Shown here in pieces: positions 23,652-38,905 of a stretch of DNA of 64,000 nucleotides (position 1 is the first letter of the stretch; each line of letters opens with the position of its first letter). Both the position numbers and the translations under genes were made by a program. The notes under the pieces are model-generated. The model was not told where the DNA came from and did no database searches. It saw only the letters and a list, made by a program, of their open reading frames with translations. Source of the stretch: Octopus sinensis (Eukaryota); assembly GCF_006345805.1 (NCBI RefSeq), contig NC_042997.1, positions 111,166,001 to 111,230,000 of the forward strand, in the 5' to 3' direction.

Positions 23652-24035
23652 GGCATAGGAGTGGCTGTGTGGTAAGTAGCTTGCTTACCAACCACATGGT
23701 TCCGGGTTCAGTCCCACTGCATGGAATCTTGGGCAAGTGTCTTCTACGATAGCCTCGGGTCGACCAAAGCCTTCTGAGTGAATTTGGTAGACGGAAACTG
23801 AAAGAAGCCCGTCGCATATATATACATATGTATGTATGTCTGTGTTTGTCCCCTAGCATCGCTTGACAACTGATGCTGGTGTGTTTACATCCACGTAACT
23901 TAGCGGTTCAGCAAGAGACCGATAGAATAAGTACCAGGCTTACAAAGAATAAGTCCTGGGGTCGATTTGCTCGACTAAAGGTGGTGTTCAAGCATCGCCA
24001 CAGTCAAATGACTAAAACAAGTAAAAAAGTAAAAG
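23652..24035 (+). mobile_element. tRNA-derived SINE family A, full length
   Basis: A box TGGCTGTGTGG, B box GGTTCAGTCCC, internal TA/GT repeat, tail ...CAAATGACTAAAACAAGTAAAA. Confidence 0.9.
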
Positions 24036-24594
24036 AGAAAGACTTTCCTTAGATATATTTAAAGTGTTCTTATCTGTTCTGGCCAAGGAAATTTTTGGTG
24101 AAACTAACACCAAAGAGAGTAAATGGTTTTTGACATTTTTCACTTCCTCTCTCCTTTTTTGTGTCTTCTCCACATTTGCTGGACACAGAATAAACACTTT
24201 TTACCTCACCCAACAAACATTGGATAATTTCCTTGTCTTGAGTCAGGGCAGCATTGAGTAAATGGCACGGGTGTGGCTGTGTGGAAAGAAGCTTGCTTCC
24301 CAACCACATATTTCCCTGTTCAGTTCCAATGTGTCCCATCTTGGGCTTTAGATGTATTTAATGCAAGAAGCAAGCTTGGTTTCTTTCTCTAACGCTTTAC
24401 ATTGTTGAAACTACAGACGTGAAAGTGTGGAAAACCAAATAGGAATTTGGGAAAAAGTGCCTATAAAACAAGTTTTTAAACTTGAAATGGCTGCCAGGGT
24501 CCACTGTATTCAAAAAGGGATGAATGAGTGTAAAATGGATGAAAACTACTATCCTGAATGATTCAATAAATAGCATGACAGAATCGTATATACG

Positions 24595-25205
24595 TTTGTG
24601 TGTATAGCAGTATGTGTGTGTGTGGGGGGGTCAGTGCATGTGTGTATGGGGTGAATGTGTGCATGAGAGTTGGTGTATGTATGTGTGTGTGGTGTATGTG
24701 TGCGTGTGTGTGGAGTGCATGTGTGTATGGGGAGTGTGTGTGTATGAGAGTGTGTATGTGTGAGTGTGTGTGTGTGATGTGTATGTGTGTGAATGTGTGT
24801 GATGTGTATGTGTGAGAGTGATTGTGTATGGGGGGCGAGTGTATGTGTGTGAGTGTGTAGTGTGAGTGTGTGTGTGAGTGTGTGTATGCGTGTATGAGTG
24901 TGTGTCTATGGGGTTTGTGTGTGCGTCTGTGTGAGGGTGTGGTGTGTGTGTGTGTGAGTGTATGTGTGGTGTGTGTGTCTGTATGAGAGTGTATGTGTGA
25001 GTGTGTGCCTGTGTGTGAGTGTGTGTGGTGTGTGTGTGTGAGTGTGTGTATGGGGTATGTGTGTGTGCATGTGTGTAAGTGTGTGTGTGTGTATGTGTGT
25101 ATGCATGAGAGTGTATGTATGTATGTGTGTGTGAGTGTGTGTGTGTGTTGTATGTGTGTGTGACGTGATATATGTGTGTGAGTGAGTGTGTATGAATGTA
25201 TTTAT
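24595..25205 (+). repeat. Degenerate (GT)n microsatellite
   Basis: Direct reading. Confidence 0.95.
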
Positions 25206-25804
25206 GTATTCTTTTATTTTTTTACTCTTTTACTAGTTTCAGCCAGAGATTGGGGTCATGCTGGAGCACTGTCTTTCAGTATTTTAGGGTCTCCTTTCTA
25301 TACTGTTTTTGATGAAGAAGCGAGTTAGACGAAGCTGCTCCCCTTTGCACCTCCTGCTGTGGTGTGGGTTCATCTCAGATTTCAGATAAAAATTTGTCCA
25401 GGGTTTTTTTTAACGTTTCCACATCTACACCTTACAGACCCCTTAGGTTCCCTGGAAGAATATTAAACAGTTATGGTCCCTGAAACACAAGCTGCTACAA
25501 TACTAGGGTCCTTATCTGAGATGAAGGAAACAGTTTGTTTGGTATTATGCAGTGCCCTCCAGTTCGGTGGTTGGTATACCTTTTAATTCTAAAGCTAGGA
25601 GCTAGGCCTTCCAGGATATTCCATATATACAAGGAGTAGATAAAACAGAGGACTACTGATGAAGGGATTGTTCTTTATGTTGCCTGTCTCATTTCTCTAT
25701 TTGTTTCTTTCATTGTTTGAAAAAAGTTTGTTTTCCATGTTTCTGTTTTTTTATGTTCTTGTTTTTCATTTTGTTTACATATATACAAACATATATATAT
25801 ATAC

Positions 25805-25849
<45 letters not shown>

Positions 25850-26119
25850 ACAGGTTTAATTTCTATGCATTAATTTGTACTGTCTTCATTAACGGCAATA
25901 GGTTTTTTCCTCGTTTTTTTCCTCGGATTTTATAATTTTTATAAGTTTTTTTATATATATATACATATATTTTTGACCTTTTTGTTTATCGCTCGAAGAT
26001 TGACCGTTTTTTTTTTTTTTTTTCTAAAGGGCCAATCAAACAAGTCCATTTCTTTTTAAAGGTGTAGCGTTTGTAAGAGTATAGATTGAATTAATATATA
26101 AGTTCCATTCTAGCAAAAA

Positions 26120-26157
26120 CTGTCTGATGAACAGCAACGAGAAACTCAGAGTAACAG
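26120..26157 (+). ncRNA. Type I hammerhead-like motif (stem II decayed)
   Basis: CTGT-CTGATGA-acagcaacga-GAAA-CTCAGAG-TA-ACAG. Confidence 0.6.
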
Positions 26158-26187
26158 ATTTTGTTGAATTTTCTGCTGCTTAAAATA

Positions 26188-26194
<7 letters not shown>

Positions 26195-26252
<58 letters not shown>

Positions 26253-26253
26253 T

Positions 26254-26350
<97 letters not shown>

Positions 26351-26363
26351 TAGATAGATAGAC

Positions 26364-26404
<41 letters not shown>
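26195..26404 (+). repeat. (TA)n-(GATA/GACA)n compound microsatellite
   Basis: Direct reading. Confidence 0.95.
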
Positions 26405-26405
<1 letters not shown>

Positions 26406-26750
26406 ATGGAATTGAGAAGATCACATTGTTTTACACTATTTTATTCCCTCTGGAATAATACCATTGTTTTCTTTGAAACATATGTTGGAAGTATAAAGAT
26501 TTGAATAACACCTATGTTTAACGCCATTTCTTTATTCATCTGTTACACATTTCACTAAACCCTGGAATTTCTACCTTTGTAAATTCGCAGTAACATCCTT
26601 AGTATATGCCACCCTGGTAACTATTTATATATTTTCTCGTGTTATTTGTAAACATTGAAAAATACACATACACACACACACACATATATATATATATATG
26701 ATTGCTAAATCTGCAGTTTTTTTATTCGCTTTGTTTATTTCCTCGTGTTC

Positions 26751-26786
26751 CTTTGTGTTGAAGAGCGTAGACTCGAAACGTAAAAG
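26751..26786 (+). ncRNA. Minimal hammerhead-like motif (degenerate A6U family)
   Basis: CTTT-GTGTTGA-A-GAGC-gtag-ACTC-GAAA-CG-TA-AAAG; paralogue of 34627. Confidence 0.5.
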
Positions 26787-27144
26787 ACTTTCTCACTTTA
26801 CCGAGCGTCAAACTAATACACTACAGCTTCGTTTATACACCTGCCTCTGTCTTTTGTTTTTCTGTAAATTTCAACTGGGAGCAGCTGTTTCATCCAAAGC
26901 ATATATTGTTGTTAAATGCTCGAAATACGAGACTAGAAAAACACCCAACAACTGATAAAGAGTCGTTTTTAATGTTGTTTGTTTTGTTTTCCATTTGTGT
27001 CTTTCATTGTTCATGTTCAAGAATAATTCATGTTCAGTGTACTCGTACTTCATACTTTTTTGTTGTACACGTTTCATGATGTCCTGCACCCACATATACA
27101 TATATATATACGTATAGATGTATGTACATATATGAATGTATATA

Positions 27145-27202
<58 letters not shown>

Positions 27203-27646
27203 CATACATATATACATATCTATATATAGTATTATAGGAAAAAGTACTTAATACGATTGTAGAGATAAATATTTTATTTTTGTTTAGTTGACCTCTTCTT
27301 ACTCTGAGTTTCACCTGTAGGTGCACAGGCTCTTCAGGCAATTCAGAATTGGAAATTGATCGGACTTGCATGCTTATATAGTTTTTACGCTTATACATCA
27401 TTTTTGATCTACAGTTCTCTTTCTTCTTCACTCTCTCTCTCTCTCCACACATACATACACACAAACATACATTCATACACCTCCATACACAATATTCACC
27501 GTAAGATAAAACGAACAATTTCACATATTTCAGACTGTTGTCACAAACAATTAACAACACATCACCACACGTTCGTTTCAACTCTGCATCTACCTACCGT
27601 ATTTTGCTTCGCAAACTTAACCCAATTCATATTATATTAAACACAC

Positions 27647-27686
<40 letters not shown>

Positions 27687-28149
27687 ACACACACACACAC
27701 ACACACAACTATGTGCGCGTGTGTGCATTGATTTTTTCTTTTAACAAGAATAGTATCGACAGGGACTTCTAAGTTTCCTTCACTTAAACCATCGTCGATC
27801 ACTTAACTGGCCGAAACTTCGAAGTCACTATCAACAACATTCTTGCTTAAGAAGAATAAATTTGTGCTCGACAAAATGCAGAGTAACCCATCAGATTAAT
27901 GCAAAACTTGTTTTTATCGAGTCTGAACATCAAAAAAAAAAAAATTAGCATTATGTGTTTGTGTGTGTGTGTGTGTGCGTGTGCGTGCGTGTTCTAACTT
28001 AGCGGTTCGGCATAGCGATTGACGAAATAAGTAGTAGAGTTTAAAATAAAAAAGAAAAAAAATACTATCATGCATTCATTAGACTAGAATTCTTGAAGGC
28101 GGTGCCCCAGTATGGCCTCAGTCTATTGCCTAAAACAAGAAAAAAATAC

Positions 28150-30125
<1,976 letters not shown>

Positions 30126-30633
30126 CCGTATACAGACACATATTTCTAAGTAGGGTGACCTTCACCTTTATCAACTTCATCTAAACATCAATTCTGTGTT
30201 TATTAAATGTTGAAATATTGAGCGGAGAGGAAGAGGGAGAAGGAAACTAACGAGGGTAGAGGGATGAGAGATAGAGAGAGTGATAGTGAGAGAGGTGGGA
30301 GAGATTGAGAAAAAAGAGAGAAAGTGTGAGAGAGTGAAAACGAGAGTGTATGAGTGAGAGGCAGAGTAGGAGTGAGGGTACGAGGAAAGGAGAGAGAAAG
30401 AAAGAGAGAGTGAAAAAAAACCTTTATTCCGAAAACTATAAACAGCAGATCGTAAAACGAGAATTATATACTCATGTACTTTATAAGTATGTGCTATATA
30501 TATATATATATACGCGTATACTTAAGATACGTATGCACAAATATACGCAGATGTATACATATATTTATATATATAACACTATATTGGGAGAATAACTTTG
30601 ATAGTAATAGGGAAATGTTTGTGTATGTGTATG

Positions 30634-30683
<50 letters not shown>

Positions 30684-31164
30684 CGTAAATCTGAGATAGT
30701 GGATGGCTTGCAATATTTGTGTACCTAGGTATCTAGTCAACAATTCCAAAACATGAATGGTTAGGTAACTAAAGAAACAGTTACACTTTTTAAAAAGTTT
30801 AGAATATTTTATATTTAATGTTTCAATATTTATGTTAGAATAAAATAGTATAGCACGCACAAATGCTGACATAATAATCGCAATTTCTTTTCTCTCTTAA
30901 TTAACTCCCTACTTTAATTAGATCTTTAATAAAACATTATGTGTGGTTTGGCATTAACTGATTGTCTCCACTCCAGAAGTTTTCAAGTGTCCAGATTTGT
31001 TTCAATAAATAGCCACAAATGATCGTTAAAAGGTTATATTAAAGTTGGATTTCTATGTAATAGAATAACCATCGTTCATTATTATTCCTCGCTAAATTTT
31101 ATTGATAAAACGAAGGGGTGACGTGATGCAGTTTGAAATGGAAGTGAAATGCTGGAGATGTGAA

Positions 31165-31876
31165 ACAAAGCAAGAAGAGAGAGAGTGAGAGAGAAATAAA
31201 GAAAGAGAGGAGAAATAGAGAAGAGACAGAGAGAGAAATAAAGAAAAAGAGGACAGAGAAAGAGAAATAAAGAAAGAGATATAGAAGAGACAGAGAGAGA
31301 AATAAAGAAAGAGAGAAGAGAGAGAGAAATGGTGATGAAGGGAGTTTGAGTAAATGGGGACAGTGAAGATAACAAGGGGGGACAAGTGAAAGTAGATGTG
31401 AAGGTTGGAGTCGGAGAAGAGCGGGAAAATAGATTGCTGTGAGGTAGGATAGATGTAATGGAGGGGATGACAGAGGTGTAATAGAATATGAGTGAAAAGA
31501 GAGAGGTAGGAAGAGTTAAAGTGATATGCAAAGAAGTAAAAGGGAGATACACGAGAAGGAGAGAGAGAGAGAGGCAGAATTGTAAGAGGTAAGAGAGATA
31601 AAGGAGGAAGCGAGTAAGTCAGATAGAGTGAGAGAGAGAGAGAGAGAGAAAAAAGGAGAACGGTGGAGTAGGAAAAGAGTGGTAGAAGAGCGAGAGAAGA
31701 GAAAGTACCAAGAGGTAGGAGGAGAAGAGGAATAGGAGTAGTAGAGGAAAAGAGAGAGAGAGGTAGCAGGAAAGGATAAGAAGAGAGGTAGAGGAATGCC
31801 AGAGAGGGGCGAAAGGGAAGAGAGAAGAGAGAAAGAAAGAAGGTAGAGAAGGAAAAGAAGAGAGATAAAGATTGCA

Positions 31877-31911
<35 letters not shown>

Positions 31912-31915
31912 AGTA
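31165..31915 (+). repeat. Purine-rich (GA/GAAA) low-complexity tract
   Basis: Direct reading; the 307-aa minus-strand ORF is an artefact. Confidence 0.9.
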
Positions 31916-33269
31916 GTAAAAAGATCGTGGAGACGTTATTAGAAGATATACGAAGATGTTGGAATAATTTGAAAGCTAAGACGATGATAAATAAAAAGAT
32001 AATAATGTGGAACAAGGATAAATGATGTTAGCTTATTACACTATAAACACCGTTATTTTTTTCTTTGCAGTTTCTTGGGTTGAAAAAGTAATTTTGGTTC
32101 CAAGTGCTTGGCGCTTCTTTTTCAAACATCATCATCATCGTTATCATGATCATTGTCGTCGTCATCATTATAGCCATTTACTCATTCATTCTCTGTTTAG
32201 GCACACATCAAGCTGCCTGTCCGTTTTACAAACGTTTTCATACAACTAGAATTTATTTTCTAATCCTTTTCCTCTTTCTAATTATCTCCTGTTTAATTAC
32301 ACTAATACTAATTAGAAACAAACAAACAAAAACCGAAGAATTAGTTTGGTTAATCTTTTTTTAATTAATTTTCTCCATGTCACTCAACAGCTCTTATTTC
32401 CTCTCCGATTGTTTATTTTCTTCCCAACGGATGACTTTCTTGTCTTTCTCCAACATATTTTATTTTTTACAATTAAATTGAAGTAAAAAGAAATTTATCA
32501 CATCACTATTGATCTTTGATAACTATACTTATTGATAGGTTTTTTTTTTAAAGTATTCACACTGTTCTGATTTAAATAACTTAATATAAACACAATGTTT
32601 ATAAATTACGCCACTGGACCCATAAATCCATACACAAACACGAGCCAACTTGGGAGCCTCTACGTGGTCTCGTGATCCGCTAGAAATAGCAGCTATATAC
32701 CCCTCAACTGATTTAAAATTATGTCACGTTGGATAATGTAGTACTTGGCTATACAGTGTTTGAAATAGGATGGATGGTTACGGTTAGAAGGCTTACTGGT
32801 CAGTGATCTGTTCGTTCAGGGCTGACCTGGGGCTAAACAATAGTACGCATGTATGTATATAACAGATGACATTCACGCACGTGATGGAGGCAACGATGAT
32901 GACACACGAATGGGCGAACATCTCGATTCTGTGATGATCGCAAAGGTTTTACAAATCACTTATACATGTACAAGCGTATTTCATTGTAAGGTGACTGTGT
33001 GTGTGTGCATGTGTATCTGTTTTTGTATACAAATGCACGCAAGCGTGTCTGTGTTACTATGTTTTGAATTAAAAAGGTATCACACACCACAGAGGCATCA
33101 TACGCTCTTGTATATATACACGTACATAAAGTTCCCACATATTTACATATAGAATAACACACCTAAATATTAATATCTCTGCTACACAATAATTGAAGAT
33201 TTAAAATTCCAGTTAATTTTATATTATTACGATTTCTCTTTTAAAAACTGCTTCACACGAACGTATGTG

Positions 33270-33325
<56 letters not shown>

Positions 33326-33340
33326 TATATATATTATATA

Positions 33341-33379
<39 letters not shown>

Positions 33380-33671
33380 ACATATACAATATACATGATA
33401 TATAACGTGTATGCATATGTGTATAAATAAACTATAAATATTTATAATATATGTATGTATACGTATGTACAAAATATACATAGATAGATAGATAAATAAA
33501 TAGAGAGAGAGAGAGATAGAGAATGTAGCTTTGTTTGCTTGTATATATAGGTCAAGCTTGTAACGTGTAATTAATAAAAAATAGGTCATGCTATCATCGA
33601 AACTTGCATTTGGTTGGGACGTAGTACATAATAATAATAATAGCAATAATAATATTAATAATAGTAATAAC

Positions 33672-33786
33672 CGTCGTCATGGCGACGGCAAGTATCTGCC
33701 TAATTAGTGACCAATCAGATAGAGGCTACCTAATGAGGTAGAACAAGGGCGGCAACTGCGCTGTCGTCGCCATTACGTAGCGACCT
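33672..33786. promoter_or_regulatory. CpG-rich candidate cis-regulatory element (X-box-like palindrome plus CCAAT)
   Basis: GTCGTCATGGCGAC, GACCAATCAG, TAATTA and a second GTCGCCAT half-site in unique sequence. Confidence 0.35.
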
Positions 33787-33955
33787 CACACTACGGAAAT
33801 AAAAGAAATGAGGTAATATATTAGCAAGGATCTTGTTGTAGTTCCTTGTTTTAGAGGTGCTAACAACTGGGAAAAGGAGAAGAATATATCGCTTTCGTTC
33901 TCCTTTCCTCGCTCTCTTCTCTATTTCTGTTCCTCATATTTTCTCTCTCTCTCTT

Positions 33956-33996
<41 letters not shown>

Positions 33997-34071
33997 CTCT
34001 ACCTATCTATATTGATCAACACGTTTGTTTAGTTATCGATAGCTGTCTTTCCACCTGTCTCTCTCTCCCTC

Positions 34072-34106
<35 letters not shown>

Positions 34107-34295
34107 ATCTATCTTATCTATGTAGATGGATAGATAGATAATGAAGTGTGTTTGTTTTGTCATTGTATGCTTGGCAAATGAAATGTGCGAGAAATTATTT
34201 TCCAGATGATTGAATAAAAGTTCAGAGAAATTTATAGATTTATTTATTTTTTGTCATACATATTTAATTGCTTATGTCCCTATATCCAAGTGTAT

Positions 34296-34329
<34 letters not shown>

Positions 34330-34410
34330 GCATATATATGTGACCGTGTGTGTATCATTGGCGATTTTTTTTCCTCCGTCTTCCCTTCCTTGGACCTTTC
34401 CTTTTTCTAT

Positions 34411-34445
34411 GTTTCTGACGAAGAGCTCCGCTCGAAACGTTAAAT
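34411..34445 (+). ncRNA. Minimal type I hammerhead-like motif
   Basis: GTTT-CTGACGA-A-GAGC-tcc-GCTC-GAAA-CG-TT-AAAT, inside a ~190-bp TA-flanked repeat; paralogue at 55993. Confidence 0.75.
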
Positions 34446-34626
34446 CCTCCTTCTTTGTTTCCTTCTCGAGCGTCCAATAACACTATACTTGTTCCACGTC
34501 TTCGCGTTGTGTTTTCATATTTGGATTAACTTTATATATAAATATATATATATATATAAAGAACGCCATGATAGACCGTTAGCTCCTACATGCATTGTTT
34601 TTCTCTCCTTGTTTCTTTTCTGTGTA

Positions 34627-34664
34627 TCTTTCTGTCGAAGAGCGTAGGCTCGAAACGTAAAAGA
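34627..34664 (+). ncRNA. Minimal type I hammerhead-like motif, A6U core
   Basis: TCTTT-CTGTCGA-A-GAGC-gtag-GCTC-GAAA-CG-TA-AAAGA. Confidence 0.65.
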
Positions 34665-34966
34665 CTTGTTCTATTTCTATTCCTGAGCGCCATACTAATA
34701 CATTTGTTTGTTTGTACTCCACCTGCCTTTGTCTTTTGTTTATTTTCGTAAACCTTCCCGTTATATATATATATATATATATGCATGCATGCCTATATAT
34801 ATATGTATGCATTGCCCCAGCATGGCCACAGCTCATTAGCTGAAACTGGAAAAATCAAAATCAAAATCATATATACATATATATATACACATACATACAT
34901 GTATGTATATATATATGTGTGTATGTATACACACACATACACAAGATAGAATATACTGGACACTTT

Positions 34967-35074
34967 ATCCCAACGATCGTTTCGACACATCCTGCATCAC
35001 TCTCTTGCGGCTGGGAAACACTGTACAATGAATTATGGTGCATCCCATGCTGTAGAAACATCTCATCAGGTGAT
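34967..35074 (-). ncRNA. Type I hammerhead-like motif with long stem II
   Basis: ATCAC-CTGATGA-GATG...TGGGATGCAC...GTGTTTCCCA...TGTC-GAAA-CGATCG-TT-GGGAT. Confidence 0.6.
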
Positions 35075-35379
35075 GCAGCACAGTTTCTCGTTACAAATGT
35101 AACATAACCCGTGGTATCGTTCCCCCTCCACCACCCCCACCCCCGCCGCGAGGGAGCAATGCAATGTGCGTTGAAACAATTGTTGGGATAAACGAAGTTT
35201 CCGGTATCTACTATACTCAACAGAAACTGAGAAATTCCCAACGCAGATCCAGCAACGATTATGCGATTATTGTGGATGATGCCAGGCTGCCATAGTAAGT
35301 GAACTTACTTTGCAGGCATTGTACTAGGGACATACCCAATGCGCAAAGTTTAAGTTATAAATCTTAATTTTAATTTTAA

Positions 35380-35445
35380 CTAGCAGTATCGCCCAGCATT
35401 TCTCGGGTTTGTTTCAACCCTTTAGAATTGGAATTTTTGAATTTT
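35380..35445 (-). mobile_element. Helitron 3' terminal fragment
   Basis: CTAGCAGTATCGCCCAGCATTTCTCGGGTTTG matches the 9237 terminus. Confidence 0.7.
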
Positions 35446-35899
35446 GAACCGGGTGTTGTGTTCTTGAGCAAATCCCTTTGTCTCATGTTGCTCTGCAATC
35501 GCTTCGTCACCTGACACATGGTACACCGTGAACCAGTTCAGACGACTTTGATTTGATAGAGGGAGAGTAAGCTACTGTGGAGCACAAACATTTTATCACC
35601 ACAGACAGATCATTTGTACAGGTCGTTCGGTAAAAGCTGAACGCTCCTACGTTGTCTTTGATGGGAGTGTCCATCATGTATGTGTTTATGTATCTAGGCA
35701 TGTGTGCGTGTGTATGGTGAATAGTTAAGAAATGCTCATCATTCCAAAACTACAAAGATATCCTTAAGGTGATAGAAAGCATGTGCTATCATAAATCACT
35801 AACTATTAAGCCTTCTATTGTGATTGGTCTTTAGCCAACTAATCAACATGAGGTAATGGCATAGATAGGTTTTATTGAACATTCTAGAATTAGAATTTC

Positions 35900-37600
35900 A
35901 CTTCTGATTCCCAATAAAAACCATTCGGCACACATTTTTACCAGTCAGACAACTCAGGAAATGTTTAAGGCAGATGGTGCAGAATGATAACAGGAATCTC
36001 CATCACCATGAATATAGTTCAGTTCTTTCCAGTTATATTGGGATATTGGGCAAATCGCATTTTGCCATAGCAATAGCTTGCCGTAAACTCCAAGCAGTAT
36101 CTTTCTCCCAATATGTAATTGTTGGTGTTGTCATTTGTAAAAAAGGCCAATACGGTTTGTCTTTATGTGTGATAATAAAATCCTCTGTTAAATGTTCATG
36201 GGTGATGTTCAGTAACTCTTTCATGCAACCCAAGAAACCTATTTTCATTCATCAACTCAACCAGTCACCACCACAAATCAGACCAACAACCATAGGCCGT
36301 GACAACAGTATTTTGTTGTAAAAGATTGTCGTATTTGTGGAATGATTAGAGAAAGTTTAGTAATTAATTGAAAAAAGTGTCATATTGGGTGTTTTTACAT
36401 CGATGTTGAAAGGGGATTGTACCAAGCTATGTTTCTGTTGTTAATGATTCTTCAATATAAGTCATGTTTCTCATTTTCTTTCATTTTTAGACAATGTCTC
36501 ATTGCAAGTATTCACAGAATGAAGAAACGCTTACTTTATAGCAACAAGCTTTGAAAGTGGAACTGAAGCAGTTTAAAAAAATTTTTTTTTAATTAAACAT
36601 TTTTTTATATATATAGTTAATAATGCTAATGGAATGGCAAGATACATGATGGATGTAACACAGATTTCTTTGGTTTCTAATATGCTTAATACATGGCACT
36701 AAATTGAGAATTATAATCATGAAAATTACCAACAGTAATATAATGTTCAGGGGTTATCTTAATTCCTATTAATTGATGAAATGATATGATTTTTTTCATC
36801 AATGATTCTATTTGTTTTGCGTTGAGTTTATTCGTTATTAATAGACCATCATTTCCGTAGACTCATCATTTGATCAGTTGGAGTTCTTTCTTCAACTCAA
36901 ACGAAACCATTTACCAGAAAAACCAAACCCTCAGTGCCCATCCTATCATACCAAAATGGTAGTAGAAGATTTCCTGTTACAAAAGATATCATGGTTTAAG
37001 ATTTTCTAGATTAAGGTTAATACTTTTATTTAATTTTCATTCCTGCTTATAATGGATTTTGAAAAGTTTAAGGTCTTTTTGACCAAGTTTTGATAAATTG
37101 ACGGGTTTTATACTTGAATATCGTGTGGGCTCAAGGTTAAGAGAAGAATTCTTGTGTTATGAAGAAGACAATAGCCAAACTCTTCTGGCTTATAGAAATA
37201 TAACAGATGGTCAAGTGTGTCTTCAAAAGTGGTGCTTTCTATGTTTTAATACTCTTCAAAATGTAACCCATTTTCTTCTCGATTTGGCCTTCATCAGGAT
37301 ATTCCTTATGTATATTTTGTAAGCATCTTATAGCTTAGTTATCATTGTGAATTGCTGCAAATTTATTTTGTTCAGGGGGAAATGGCATATAATAAGCTTG
37401 GTGGCAGACAATGAGTAAAAAAAAAAACTACTTCCATCTCGCAGGACAATGGTTCTGTTTCATAAAAATAAAGGTTCTTCCTCTACAAAAAGAGTTTCAT
37501 CTTTGTTGTAAGTGTACTTTTCTGTGGATTTTAAAATAACTTTTTATATTTTTTTTTGTTTTCATTTTTCTGAGAAAGTATGCTCATCTCCTTTAGGTCC
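35900..37600 (-). mobile_element. Highly decayed Penelope-like element
   Basis: Minus ~36865-36700 translates VYGNDGLL...KKIISFHQLIGIKIT...TVGNFHD, homologous to LYRHD...KKLFKFFKDIGLSIS...TVVNFLD in the 2418 element. Confidence 0.55.
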
Positions 37601-38164
37601 CGCCTACTCCCCATTTTCATAAGTAGTTGGGATGCTGCTACACAGGGGTACTTCCTAGTTGTTTAGTATTAGCTGTTGTTTTTGTTGTAGGCGACTCTCC
37701 CTGACTTCGCTGGATGTGGGCTGGAGAGAGGATTTTGAGTTTGACGGACTGCTTTGAAGAAAGAGGCACTTCTACCTGAAGATTCAGCTGAAGTTCCGTC
37801 AGGTGCCACGCTGGGACCGACCACATTTGTTGCTGTATTTGTTTTTGGATCATTTTGGGAGAAAAGATTTGATAGATTTTGCTGTCACGTGCAAGGCAGT
37901 TTGCTCATCACCTTCAGATGTTGAGGCTTGAGGCATTCCTCACAACACCCTCTACAGGTCATAATTGCTGTATTGGGGTTGTGAGATCATGGGGGACATT
38001 TATGTCCATTTTAGTCCCACCTGAACCCTTATCTCGACACATGTTACATCAGTACTGACCACCTGCTCATATTGTACCACAAAGCTGACAACAAGCCGGA
38101 GTCAGCTCCTTCACCGATGTTCTTCATAGTTTTCTTTGTCTTCCCCTTTCTCGAATATACCAGC

Positions 38165-38502
38165 ATCGCCTTACTGGCACTTTAGCTGGTGGCACATGAA
38201 AAAACATTCTCGGGAGGTCGTTGCCAGTGCCGCTGCACTGGCTCCTGTGCAGGTGGCACGTAAAAAGCACCATTTGACTGTGGCCATTGCTAGTACCGCC
38301 TGACTGGCCCTCATGTTGGTGGCACGTAAAAGCACCCACTACACTCTTGGAGTAGTTGGCATTAGGAAGGGCATCCTGCTGTAGAATCTCTGCCAGATCA
38401 GACTGGAGTCTGGTGTAGCCATCTGGTTCGCCAGACCTCAGTCAAATTGTCCAACCCATGCTAGCATGGAAAGCGGACATTAAACAATGATGATGATGAT
38501 GA
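38165..38502 (+). mobile_element. RTE-type LINE/SINE 3' tail ending in (TGA)n
   Basis: ...CCAACCCATGCTAGCATGGAAAGCGGACATTAAACAATGATGATG; other copies at 47158, 55723 and 62205. Confidence 0.75.
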
Positions 38503-38905
38503 GTATTTCTTTATTGCCCACAGGAGGCTAAACATAGAGGGCACAAACAAGGACAGACAAAGGGATCAAGTCGATTACATTGCCCTCAGTGCATAACTGG
38601 TACCTATTTCATCGACCCCGAAAGGATGAAAGGCAAAGTCGACCTTGGCAGAATTTGAACTCAGAACGTAATGGCAGACAAAATACCTATTTCTTTACTG
38701 CCTAGAATGGGCTAAACACAGACGGGACAAACAGATTAAGTCGATTACATCGACCCTTGTGCGTAACAGGTACTTAATTTATTGACCCCGAAAGGATGAA
38801 AGGCAAAGTCGACCTCGGTGGAATTTGAACTCAGAATGTAACAGCAGATGAAATACAGCTAAGCATTTCAACCGGCATGCAAACGATTCTGCCAGCTCGC
38901 CACCT
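38503..38905 (-). mobile_element. SINE family B, tandem (dimeric) copy
   Basis: The core is repeated at 38575-38690 and 38740-38860. Confidence 0.85.

Noticed and set aside
23652-23730. tRNA gene
   Set aside because: A/B boxes are present, but they run into a repeated SINE body and I see no convincing cloverleaf.
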